Positions 18,233-30,258 of a stretch of 64,000 nucleotides of DNA are shown piece after piece. The notes below the pieces were generated by a model, which saw only the letters and a list, made by a program, of their open reading frames with translations, ran no database searches and had not been told where the DNA came from. Source of the stretch: the human T2T-CHM13v2.0 reference genome, Homo sapiens; the NCBI RefSeq assembly GCF_009914755.1, contig NC_060928.1; one strand, given 5' to 3'. Positions within the stretch are counted from its first letter, which is position 1. The number at the start of each line of letters is the position of its first letter. The position numbers were made by a program, and so were the translations under genes.

Positions 18233-19598
18233 ATTTTTTTTTTAACTTTTATTTTAGGTTCGGGGGTACATGTGAAGGTTTGTTACATAGGTAAACTCAT
18301 GTCATGGTTTTTTTTTTGGTACAGATTATTTAGTCACCCAGATATTAAGCCCAGTACCCAGCTGTTACCTTTACTGTTCCTCTCCCTCCACTCACACTCC
18401 ATCCTCAAGTAGACCTAGTGTCTGTTGTTTACTTCTTTGTGTTCATAAGTTCTTATCATTTAGCTCCCACTTATAAGTGAGAACAAGCAGCATTTGGTTT
18501 TCTGTTTCGATGTTAGTTTGCTAAGGATAATAGCCTCTAGCTCCATCCATGTTCCCATGAAAGACATGTTCTTGTTCTTTTTTATGGCTGCATAATATTC
18601 CATGGTGTATATGTATTATATTTTCTTTATCCAATCTGTCATTGATGGCATTTAGGTTGATTCCATGTCTTTGCTATTGTGAATAGTGCTGCAAATGAAA
18701 ATTCACATGCATGTGTCTTTATGGTAAAATGATTTCTATTGCTCTGGGTATATACCTAGTAATGAGATTTGCTGGGTTGAATGATAGTTCTGTCTTTAGG
18801 TCTTTGAGGAATTGCCACACTACTTTCCACAATGGTTGAACAAATTTACACTCCCATCAACAGTGTATAAGGATTCCCTTTTCTTTACAACCTCATCAGC
18901 ATCTGTTAATTTTTGACTTCTTAGTAATAGCCATCCTGACTGGTGAGATAATATCTCATTGTGGTTCCAATTTGTATTTCTCTAATGATCAGTGATGTTG
19001 AGCTTTTTTCATATGCTTATTGGCTGCATGTATGTCTTCTTTTGAGAAGTGTCTGTTCATGTCCTTTGCCCACTTTTTAATGGGGTTGTTTTTCTTTCCT
19101 AAATTTGTTTAGCTTCCTTATAGAGGCTGGATATTAAACCTTTGTCAGATGCATAGTTTGCAAATATTTTCTCCTATTCTATAGGTTGTCTGTTTACTCT
19201 GTTGATAGTTTCTTTTGCTGTGCAGAAGCTCTTAAGTTTAATTAGATCCCAGTTGTCAATTTTTGCTTTTGTTGTGATTGTTTTTGGTCTTTGTCATGAA
19301 ACCTTTGCCCTTTCCTACATCCAGATGGTATTGCCTAGGTTGTCTTCCAGGTTTTTATAGTTTTGGGTTTTACATTTAAGTCTGTAATCCATCTTGAGCT
19401 GAATTTTGTATACGGTGTAAAGAAGGGGTCCAGCTTCAGTCTTCTGAATATGGCTAGCCAGCTATCCCAGCATCATTTATTGAATAAGGAGTCTCTTCCC
19501 CATTGCTTGTTTTTGTCAGCTTTGTTGAAGACCATATAGTCATAGGTGTGCAGCCTTATTTCTGGGCTCTCTATTCTGTTCCATTGGTCTATGTGCCT
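18233..19598 (-). mobile_element. 5'-truncated L1PA15/16-like element
   Basis: ttttaacttttattttaggttcgggggtacatgtgaaggtttgttacatagg 3' end, running into ORF2 C-terminal sequence. Confidence 0.88.
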
Positions 19599-19743
19599 TC
19601 CAAGGCAACTCTTACAGGCTGCAACAGTTGAGAAGCACTGACCTAGCACTTATTAAATATTTAGTATGTGACTGGCATTATTCCAAGTTCTTTAGTATCT
19701 TTCAATATCCACAATAACCTCAGGAAGTAGACACTACTGCTAT

Positions 19744-20442
19744 TGAGAGGGAAGAATTCCCTGCGCCCCACTGTGGGACTTGCAACAGGGGTGTGGCTTG
19801 CTTACTCAAACCCCTTGTGGGAGGAGGAGCATGCAGGCAAGCAGGTGCTGGGGCCAGAGCGAGCACTTTTGGGCTCCACCCCCAAGGTAGCGTCTAGGGG
19901 TATGTTACAATTAATGGTCTTTTAGCAGTTGCTATCCATGGACGGCTAAGTGTTAACCAGCTCAGTGGAGAGTCAGTGTGATAGCCTTTTACACCCTGCC
20001 CTCTTGGTACCCCGGTCCTTGTCTGGCAACCAGGAAGAGTCAGGTCACATGGATTTGAAGGATGGTGAATGCGGATTTTTTATTAAGCAGTGGAAGGTGG
20101 CTCTCAGCGGAAGGAGAGCTAGACAGGGGATGGTGCAGGAGGAAGGTAATCTTTCCCTGAAGCTCTGCTGTCTCCAGCTGGGCTCCCTTCTGAAGTTAAG
20201 CCGCATCTATCCATAGTCTCAGACACTCAGTCGCTTCTTCTCCTCTCGACATTCAACCACTTGTCCCTCTGCCAGCTGAGGTCTGGGGTTCATATGGGCA
20301 CAGGATAGGGGGGCAGGATAGACCAGAAAGTAACATTCAGGCACAAAAACAGGAATGCCTGTTCTAATTTAGGGTCATGGGTCCAGGCTTGAGGGTGGAG
20401 CCCTCACCAGGGACTCCGCTCTCCTGCCTCTTGTCCGTATCA
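19744..20442 (-). mobile_element. ERV1 solo LTR (MER50/MER52/LTR28 group) inserted in a MIR
   Basis: Minus strand begins TGATACGGACAAGAGGCAGG...GAGGGCTCCACCCTCAAGCCTGGACCC; 4-bp TSD ctat/ttat. Confidence 0.75.
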
Positions 20443-20469
20443 TTATCTCCATTTAACAGGGAAACTAAG

Positions 20470-20993
20470 TGTGGTGATTTAAAAATGCCTACAAAGTTTG
20501 ACACATTTCCCTTAAAAAGATGGAGCCTAATTTTCCTACCCTTGAATACAGACCAGATTAATGACTTGCCCCTAACAAACAGGGCAGAGTGATTCTATCT
20601 GTCTTCTAGAGCTAAAAGGACAGCTTCCATCTCTCTTGAACTGCATGCTCTGGGAGAAGCCAGTTACCATGTTAAGATAACATTCAAGCAGCCATCTGAA
20701 GAAGCCCACAGAAAAAGGAATTAAGGCCTGTCACCAAGACCGAGCATTAAATTGTCATCCATGTGAGTAAGCCACCTTGGAAAAAGATCCTCGAGCCCCA
20801 GTCAAGCTTTCACATACCTGTAGCCCCTGCCAACCTCTTGACCACAACTTCCCGAGACCTTGAACCAGAACTGCCCAGGTAAACCACACTTGAATTCTCG
20901 ACCCACAGAAACTGTGAGAGAAGATACATGTTTACTGATTCAAGCCACTAAATTTTGGAGTCATTGTTATACAGAAATACATTAACAGATACA
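20470..20993 (+). mobile_element. MLT1 (F/G-like) solo LTR inserted in the same MIR
   Basis: tgtggtgatttaaaaatg ... aacagataca; 5-bp TSD ctaag/ctagg. Confidence 0.8.
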
Positions 20994-21522
20994 CTAGGGC
21001 ACAAAAAGGGTAAGTAACTTGGCCATACTAATGCAGAGAGCAAATGGCAAACTGAGATTTGAAATCTATTGGAATGGAGCCAAAGCCTATGCTCTAAGGC
21101 ACATGCTATAAGCACTTTCTTCAAAATGGAGATTATACTGCCAATATCACATTAGAGCTGGTGCTAAGATTAAAACAGATTATATAAGTAAAATATCTAC
21201 TAGGTATTAAACTAAGCAATAAGTAGTCACCTAACGGCACCCATTACTGTCATCAGTCACTCGAACAAGTATATTCTCAAAAAGGATCAATATTAAACAC
21301 AAAAAACACCTCAGTATCATTTTTTTCCACAGCATTTCATTTATTTTAAACTTTTTCCTTACTTCTAAATTCACTAGACATTAAGGATTTCCGAGATCTG
21401 TCGGAGATCAATGCTATAATAATTTATACCCCAGAGACTATCTAATTAACATCCCACTGCAGGCTTTTTTACTGTTTTTCACTCAAACATTTATCAAATT
21501 TAATAAATTTTAAAAAGCACAG

Positions 21523-21899
21523 TGTTATGGACTAAATTTTGTCCAAAATTCACAGATTGACGCCCTAGCCCCCAATGTGCCCACAGTGGAAGACAGCACC
21601 TTTAAGGAGGCAAGGAAGGTTAAATGAGGCCACAAGGGTTGGCTCCTGATCAAATAGGGCTGGTGTCCCTATAAGAAGAGAAAGAGGTATCAGGAGTACT
21701 CCAGCACAGACAAAAGGCTACGTGAGGACACAGCAAGAAAGTGACATCTGCAAGGAAAGAAAAGAGCCCTCACCAGAAACTACTTCCAGCACCTTGATCT
21801 TGGACTTCCAGCCACCAGAACTGTGAGAAAATAAGTTTCTGTTGTTTTAGCCACCCAGTCTGTATTATTCTGTTATGGTGGCCCTAGCTGATTAATACA
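21523..21899 (+). mobile_element. MLT1A/B solo LTR
   Basis: tgttatggactaaa ... accttgatcttggacttccagcc ... gctgattaataca. Confidence 0.85.
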
Positions 21900-22125
21900 A
21901 GCAGTATAAAATAAAAAGGCTAGGCTTTGGAGCCAGGCAGATCCCAACTCTGCACAATCTACCTGCTTGTTCTTTGGCAAGTAACTTGCCCTCACTGAGC
22001 TGAGCTTCACTTTCTTTATCTATGAAATATTTGTAGGAATAGCTGTAATGGAGATAAAAACACAAACACAAGTAAAGCACCTAGGCAAAATCTTGACCCA
22101 AAACAGGCACTTAAATTGTGATTAA
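21900..22125 (+). mobile_element. MIR
   Basis: ggctttggagccaggcagat...ctttggcaagtaactt...ctgagcttcactttctttatctatgaaat core. Confidence 0.7.
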
Positions 22126-22484
22126 AGAAATATATAAAATTAGCTTATTGTTATCTATTTATATCTACAATATTGTCCAAACATAATTGATGCTCAGAAT
22201 TATAAACACTGATGAGTCTACAAAGATGACTATGAAATGCACATCTTTAGTCCTAATCCCTCTCATAAGCACTAACCTTCATTTTACTCATCCATTTAAA
22301 ATGAACTCCTCGTCACGGCCCCCAAATAATCTTCCTTTGTTAACTTCCATTAGGTTTATTAAAGGATCAACTGTCAAGATGTCACATCAGGATCTTTCCC
22401 CTTTCTTTAAAAAAAACAAAACAAAACACGATCTCTGAGACAGATATTTAATAAAGTCTCCACCACGAAATCATCAGATCCTAC

Positions 22485-23689
22485 TGTAAAATTAAATTAA
22501 TTAAAACTAAAAGCTGTTGGAACTTTAAATTACTTGAACCTTAAGAGAAATGAGAATATGTGGCCTGAGTCACGTAGCATGCAGTTGCAACTTCTGCTTC
22601 TCTGATTACAGATTAACTTTCCTCTGTATTCTTGTACTGTAGATGATTAGGAAAGACCCAAAGGTACCAGAGATAAGACTCCCTTCAACGCCACTACCTC
22701 TCCTTACAGAATGTTAAAGCAGTCTTCCTTGGGCTGTAATAAGCTATAATCAATCAAATTGCTATAATGTATGTGCTATGAGCTATGCAAGGTTAGAGAA
22801 AACCAGATCCACACATGTCTGTGTCTTTCCACAATGCCAGGCTTTTATTAATGTTATTCCAATCACAAAAGCCATGAGCTACATGGAATTCCCAAGAAGG
22901 CAATTTTCCTTAGTACTTCCTGTTAATTTGGTAGTCAGAGTTGTGGGGACACAGGCTCAAACCACTTCACAACTCAGTCAATATTGCAAACCATATATAA
23001 TAGTAAACTTCAGCAATATATAAATAACGTTAAACATTCCACAACAAAGTAACATTTAATATCAAGAGGAAGAAGAGACAGGAGAAAAGGGTTGACAAAC
23101 CAGTCCAGGGAGAGTGAAGAAGACCAAAGGAGTCCTAGTCTGGGTTGAGCGGTCTGTTGGTCTTGCAAGGAAGAGTATTTTAGGTGGCAGAACCTTCTGC
23201 AACAGATGCCAAGCTCTTAATCATGAGTAACTACAAAACAGTGTCAGTTAAGACGGCCCTTTTGAGCTACTGAAGACCTAATCTTTTATAGTCAGAGTCC
23301 TCTGGTGAGAACTGGTAGGAACTGGTGCCTGTTTGTGTCCATATCTGGTTGGACACAGTCTTTATTTTTTATTTGTTTATTAAGCAAAGGATCTTATCCT
23401 TGTCGGCAATGTGTCCTGTGAAATATAAAATAAGAGTCTTTTTCTAGGATGGAGATAGTTATGTCAGGGGTCCTCTATACAGTATGTACTGACCTTGTAT
23501 GGAAAAATTTGTAACCCTGCTAAACTACTCTGCCTCTGCCTATATAAGTAAAACTTTAACCTCTCTACTTTGAACCTCTGTCCCCATTCCTTTGGAGTCT
23601 GTGTTTCCCGAGTGGTTATCCCCAGGCTTTGTACCGAATAAACTCTAAACTTAATCATATTTTCTGAATTTCATCATTTAAGGTTGACA
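22485..23689 (+). mobile_element. ERV1 solo LTR (MER4 group) containing a second LTR
   Basis: tgtaaaattaaa ... aataaactc ... aaggttgaca; perfect 4-bp TSD ctac. Confidence 0.78.
22774..23481 (-). mobile_element. Nested ERV1-type LTR (LTR39-like) in opposite orientation
   Basis: Bounded by TG...CA with 5-bp TSD gtatg (22769-22773, 23482-23486); family name tentative. Confidence 0.65.
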
Positions 23690-24176
23690 CTACCAAGTGT
23701 AACAGACAGCACCTAAGCCTTTGGGCTAAGTCCCAAATTTGCCTGGAGGTAGGGAAAGAGCATTAGGCAGCCACAGAAAGTTCCTAGAAAGTTGAAGACT
23801 GTCTCTTCCTTTCAGGACAAAAGATCAGGTCTGAGGAGCTGAAGCACTTTAAAATGTAAAGGTGCTACCCTGTGTACAGATAGAAAAGAAAAGATTTGAA
23901 TAACTGAAGACAAAGGAACAGTAGTTGCCTCTGGCCTTATCTAAACACTAAGTTTGCAGGGATCTTTCCCTGGTGCTACTACAACTCACCTCACAAATTT
24001 CTTTCTCATTATTAGTATGTATTCACAACCATCTGATAAACTGGCCCTCTGCCATCATGTGGTTCTGTGGACCCCATCAAAGGTACAGACACCAGGGTCA
24101 GGCCACCAGACTACCCCTTCCTAACACAGTTTCTCAGGTCATCTCAAAACCTCTGACTTTTCTTACCCTCATTATC

Positions 24177-24473
24177 TTTTCTTTTTTTTTCTGAGATGGA
24201 GTCTTGCTCTGTTGCCCAGGCTGGAGTGCAGTGGTGCGATCTCGGTTCACTGCAACCTCCACCTCCTGGCTCAAGCGATTTTCCTGCCTCAGCCTTCTGA
24301 GTAGCTGGGATTACAGGCACCTGCCACCACGCCTGGCTAATTTTTGTATTTTTAGTAGAGACAGGGTTTCCTCATGTTGGCCAGGCTGCCCTCAAACTCC
24401 TGACCTCAGGTGATCCTCCCATCTCGGCCTCCCAAAATGCTGGGATTGCAGGTGTAAGCCACCATGCCTGGCC
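24177..24473 (-). mobile_element. AluS
   Basis: Dimeric Alu; TSD cctcattatctt. Confidence 0.9.
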
Positions 24474-26521
24474 ATCCTCATTATCTTAATAATTACCAGC
24501 TACGATGTTCTCTTCATGTTTTCTGTCTGTCTCTGGTAACCTTCCTTTAAAATCCCATGATGAGTTTCTTTTTGGAATGATGACAAAGAAAGTATTGGCA
24601 CTGGATAGTGGTGATGGTTGCACAACACTGAGATTATACTTGATGTCCCTGAATTGTACTTAAAAATGGTTAAAATGGTAAATGCTATGTTACGTATATA
24701 TTTACAACAATTTAAAAAATTTTCATTGTCCACTATTTATCTGATACAGATGGTTATAGGACTATGACCTAGATTTCTGTTAGCCTTCTAGATGTTCTCT
24801 CTGCATGTAGCATCTTCCCATCTAACCATCTTACACAGCACTGCCTAACATACTGCTTCTATTATGTGAGATCTTTCTTAAACATTTTATTATTTATATA
24901 TAAATATTAATTTAACACTAATATTCAAGACCCTATACCACCTAACCTCAACCTACTTTTTCAATGGTATCTTTTGCTAATCTCTTCTAGCTACAGATAG
25001 CTCTGTCAGATAACTCTGTCTTACCGTGTTTTTGCTCATGTCCTTAACTCACTTAAAAGATTTTCCTCTCCATACAAGTTAATGTTGTCTCCAATCTTAT
25101 TTTTCCCACAAAGTGTTTTCTGACCACCATAATCCAGGCTGGTTTTCTTCCCTCCTTGTTAGTTACCACTGACTGGATGTTTTTATTGTTCATTTAAAGC
25201 ACTATTGTAGAATATATACAACATATCTTCTACTTCCTCAATTAAATCACACACTCCTTAAAATCAAGATGTTTAATTTTTCATTTCTTTGTATTACTCA
25301 GTATCTATTTAGAAGTTACTAAAAAAAATACTGATGGATGATCTAATTCCAAGTCATCAAATAACAATAAAAATACTCAACTATGATCTAGAACTACTTA
25401 CATTTATATTAGAGAAGAATTTTCCACAGGAAACAGTCAATTAAAAATATTTCTAGTTAATCCTAAATTAAATGAATCCTCTTCTGCAATCTTTTTATGG
25501 CTTACAATTCACACCTATTTCCAAAACACACATGAGATTACAAAAATAAAAAGTACATATACTACTGCCCTACCAACATAAGGATAAAAGATCAAAAGGC
25601 ATGGAATACACCAAGCTGAGATAATCATACTATAAACCTTGATTAAGGAAGATGAGTTGCTGCAGTCAGAGAGAAGCCTAACATGGCAATAGGAAAGGAT
25701 GATCACTGAAGGTCCCTTCGAGTGTGTCTCTTAAATATAAATTGTCTAAACCTCTGAGAGGTATTGTGAGGCCTCTGAAAGAAGTGAAAGGTTCTGGAAG
25801 AAATAAAATAGAGAAAGAAGTCTTTGATAAAAATCTGTCATGCAGGTATACTGATTTGCTAACTAAAACCCATAGAATCTCAGAGCTTCAGACATCAGAC
25901 ACATCCAAAGTGTATAATTTGTTATAGAAATGAATGAATTTAAACAGTTTTCTCCCATGGAGGGCCACTGTTCATCTACAAGATGTTAAGGGTCAGGGAT
26001 GCTTACAGACATCCAGACTGTTCTCACTGGCAGTTTGGTTTAGCCTAAATGTCTGAAAAAATACTTAGGGCTCCAGAACTCCATCCTATAAAGCATGGAA
26101 GAGAGGACTTTGATCTGAAAAATTTTAAGCACATTCAACTATGAAATCACTTGCTGTTTACACAGGATATAATTCAAAGGCCTACAACAACATTAAAAAA
26201 AAAAGAAATGTAGCATTGACTTGTGACAGAATACCAAGAAAACAATTTAATCTGTTATTATGAGGATGGATTTATGAAAGCAGGGTAGTCACCCCTGAGG
26301 AAATTACATCAAAACAACTTTATCACATATTGATGTATAGTAGAAAGGGTGGGAGATGAGAATACTGTTTACTGGCAAGCGCAGCATCTGCTTTTAATGG
26401 GCATTAAAAGCAAAACCCATTCAACTATGTGTAAAGAGTTTTACCATCCCCGGCTTCAGGGTGCTCAGTTGCAACGTCCACCCTGTACTGTAAGGGTACC
26501 TCACACAGGATAAACCAACAA

Positions 26522-26746
26522 GAAACACAGTAATCCTTCCTATCTTTCATCTGAAATATGAAAGAAGGAAGTTTATTTTATAGAGACAATAAAATATATA
26601 TATATATAACACAGTATATATATATAAAACACAGTATATACATATAACACAGTATATATACATATATATAAAATGTATAAAACACAGTAACCCTTTTTAC
26701 CTATCTTCTATCTGAATTATGAAAAAATAAGTTTATTTTATAGAGG
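26522..26746. repeat. Degenerate direct duplication of about 65 bp separated by a TA-rich microsatellite
   Basis: aaacacagtaa..cctatctt..atctgaa.tatgaaa...aagtttattttatagag occurs at 26522 and 26680; (tatatataacacagta)n lies between. Confidence 0.85.
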
Positions 26747-27105
26747 CTATATTGTCTGATGCCTAATGCATACATTATTCCCTCTATTTGGCAGCTTACA
26801 TAACTAGTAGTTGCTCAATTACAGTCATGCACTGCACAATGATGTTTTGGTCACTGAGGGACTACATATATGACTATGGTCCTATAAGATTATAATGGAG
26901 CTGAAAAATTCCTATTGCCCAGTGATGTCATAGCCATCATAACGTCCTACTGCAACATATTACTTATGTGTTTGTGGTGATGCTGGTGTAAACAAACCTA
27001 CTGGCTTCCAGTCCTATAAAAGTATAGCATACACAATTAGATTCGGTACATAATACTTGATAACAATAATAAATGACTATGTTACTGGTTTATGTAGTTA
27101 CTATA

Positions 27106-28990
27106 CAGCAAGTATAACGACATTTCATTCAAGGTCATTTTGTTCTAACGCTGATGAGAAAAAAATAATCAATTCCCAGCCAGAGCCACTGTCTATGTAG
27201 AGTTTGTGCCTTCTCCCCAGGTCTGCATGAGTTTTCTCTGGGTACAAAGATGGGCATGACCGGTTAATCGGCATGTCTAAATGTTCCCAGTCTGAGTGAG
27301 TGTGGGCATGGGGGTAAGTACACCCTGTGGTGCAATAGTGTCCTGCTCAGGGTTGACTCCCTCCTTGTGCCTGAGCTGCTGGGGTAGGTTCCAGCCACTC
27401 ACGACCCTGAATTGGAAAAGGCAGGTTAGAAAATGAATGAATGAATAAATGAATGAATACAAATGATTGTAAAATAAAAATTCGTAGACGGTAATCCTAC
27501 AGATGCATGACAATAAACGATGCAGTAGGAACGCACTCAGTAAGCCTACCGTATTTGCCATTGATTTTGAACTATGTGGTGGGAAGAGGTGCTGCTGACA
27601 ACTTTTACTTCACAAATACCTATTCCTTGATTTAACCCATTACCACTATGACAGCCATCACTCACTATTTACCAAAAACTGGGGAAATAATTCTTATTTT
27701 TTAAAAAGTATTTCTTAAATGTAAGTGTACCTCACATTTATTTCAATGTTTAATAACAGAAGTGTTCTGGGTCTTCAATTAGAAGTTTGGTGATGTTTTT
27801 GTAACCAGAATCATGCCATCAGAACTTAACTATTGTGGGAAGTCAGGGATCCCGAATGGAGGGACCAGCTGAAGCCATGGCAGAAGAATATAAATTGTGA
27901 AGATTTCATGGACATTTATTAGTTCTCCAAATTAATACTTTTATAATTTCTTACACCTGTCTTTACTGCAATCTCTGAACATAAATTGTGAAGATTTCAT
28001 GTACATTTATCACTTCCCCAGTCAATATTCTTGTGATTTCCTATGCCTGTCTTACTTTAATCTCTTAATCCTGTCATCTTCATAAGCTGAGGATGTATGT
28101 CGCCTCAGGACCCTGCGATGACTGCGTTAACCGCACAAATTGTTTAAACAATATGAAATCTGGGCACATTGAAAAAAGAACAGGATAACAGCAATGTTCA
28201 GGGAACAAGGGAGATAACCATTAAGTCTGGCTGCCTGAGAGCTGGGCAGAACAGAGCCATATTTGTCTTCTTTCGAAAGCAATAGGAGAAATATCGCTGA
28301 ATTCTTTTTCTCAGCAAGGAACAGCCCTGAGAAAGAGAATGCGTTCCTAGGGGGTGGTCTCTAAAATGGCCGCTCTGGGAATATCTGTCTTTTACGGTTG
28401 AAGATAAGGGATGAAATAAGCCCTGGTCTCCTGTAGCGCTCCCAGGCCTATTAGGACGAGGAAATTTTGGTCAGACTGGTTGTCTGCTCTCAAACCCTGT
28501 CTCCTGATAAGATGTTACCAACGACAATGTGTGCCTGAAACTTCATTAGCAATTTTAATTTCGCCCCGGTCCTGTGATCTTACCCTGCCTCCATTTGCCT
28601 TGTAATATTTTATTACCTGGTGAAGCACGTGATCTCTGTGACCCACACCCTATTTGTACACTCCCTCCCCCTTTTGAAAATCACTAATAAAAATTTGCTG
28701 GTTTTGCGGCTTGCGGGGGCATCACGGAACCTGCTGACATGTGATGTCTCCCCCGGACACCCAGCTTTAAAATTTCTCTCTTTGTACTCTTTCCCTTTAT
28801 TTCTCAGACTGGCTGACACTTAGGAAAAATAGAAAAGGACTCATGTTGAATTATCGGGGGCGGGTTACCCCGATACTTAACTTTTGTTTGTATTAATCTG
28901 CCTGTGATAAAATTTATTTCCTGATACATCATTTTACTTAAAGTTGCAGTTTCCAAGAAATTATCAACAACATTAAGTGAAAACTTACTA
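27106..28990 (+). mobile_element. MER6 (TcMar-Tigger) nested in Tigger3, split by MER11
   Basis: cagcaag...gatgagaaaaaaataatcaattcccagccagagccactgtctatgtagagtttg; right end gcagtttccaagaa...cattaagtgaaaacttacta; TA flanks. Confidence 0.8.
27831..28875 (+). mobile_element. MER11 (HERV-K11/HML-8) solo LTR, full length
   Basis: tattgtgggaagtcagggatcccgaatggagggacc ... gggttaccccgata; perfect 6-bp TSD cttaac, typical of betaretroviruses. Confidence 0.92.
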
Positions 28991-29106
28991 TACTATACAT
29001 TTTATTATTTTAGAGTGTACCCATTCTATTTATACATATATGTATAAAGTGCATTTTAGAGTGTACTCATTCTATTTATATGTATGAAGTTTATATATAT
29101 ATAAAG

Positions 29107-29335
29107 TTAACTGTAACACAGACTCAGATACACATATACATATATACGTGTATGTTAACTGCAACACAGACTCAGATATACATATACATATATATGTGTA
29201 TGTTAACTATAACAGACTTAGATACACATATACATATACATACATATATACGTGTATGTTAATTATAACACAGACTCATACACATATACATACATACATA
29301 TACACATGTGTATGTTAACTGTAACACAGACTCAG
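29107..29335. repeat. Minisatellite, about 48-60 bp unit (gttaactgtaacacagactca + (TA/CA)n)
   Basis: gttaa(c/t)t...acagact anchor repeated 5 times; preceded by an approximately 46-bp duplication ttttagagtgtac.cattctatttata. Confidence 0.9.
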
Positions 29336-29945
29336 GCAGGTACTACGGGAAGTATTCCATAAGAAGGCATTGCTATTGTAGGAGATGGCAGTTCCACAAG
29401 TGTTACTGTTCCTGAAGACTTTCCATTGGAACAAGATATGGAGGTGGAAGGTAGTAATATTGATGATTCTGACTCTGTAGGCCTAGACTCACATCTGTGC
29501 TTATGCCTTAGTTTAAAAAAAAAAAAACACAATTTTACAAAGTAAAAAAAGAAAAAAGAAAATTTTAAAAATAGAAAAATATTAAAATTATATGATGAAA
29601 ACAATTTGTAGAGCTATGCAAGGTATTTGTATTTTAAGCTAAGTGTTATTTTAAAAGAATCAAAATGTTTTTAAAAGTTAAAAAGTTATAAAGTAAAAAA
29701 GTTACAGTAAGCTAAGGTCTATTACTGAAGACAAAACAAATTTTTAAATAAATTTAGTTTAGCTTAAGTGTACAAGATTTATAAAGCCTACAGTGGTGCA
29801 GTAATCTCCTAGGCCTTCATATTCACTCACCACTCACTCACTGACTCACCCAGAGCAACTTCTAGTCCTGCAAGCTCCATTCATGGTAAATGCCCTATAC
29901 AGGTGTACCATTTAAACAATCTTTTATACTATATTTTTACGTACC

Positions 29946-30258
29946 TTTTCTGTTTTCTTTTTTATTGTTATTTCTTTTGAGACAGGGTTTCACTCTGTCA
30001 CTCAGGCTGGAGTGCAGTGGTATGATTATGGCTCACTGCAGCCTTGACTTTCTAGGCTCAAGTGATCCTCCCTCCTCAGCCTCCTGAGTAGCTGGGACTA
30101 CAGGTGCATGCCTCCACGCCCTGCTAATTTCTTAATTTTCTGTAGAGATGCGGTTTTGCCATGTCACCCAGGCTGATCTCAAACTCCTGGGCTCCAGCAA
30201 TCTGCCCACCTCAGCTCCCAAAAGTGCTGGGTTACAGGCATAAGCCACAGGCCAGGCC
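29946..30258 (-). mobile_element. AluJ nested in Tigger3
   Basis: Dimeric Alu; TSD gtaccttttc. Confidence 0.88.
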
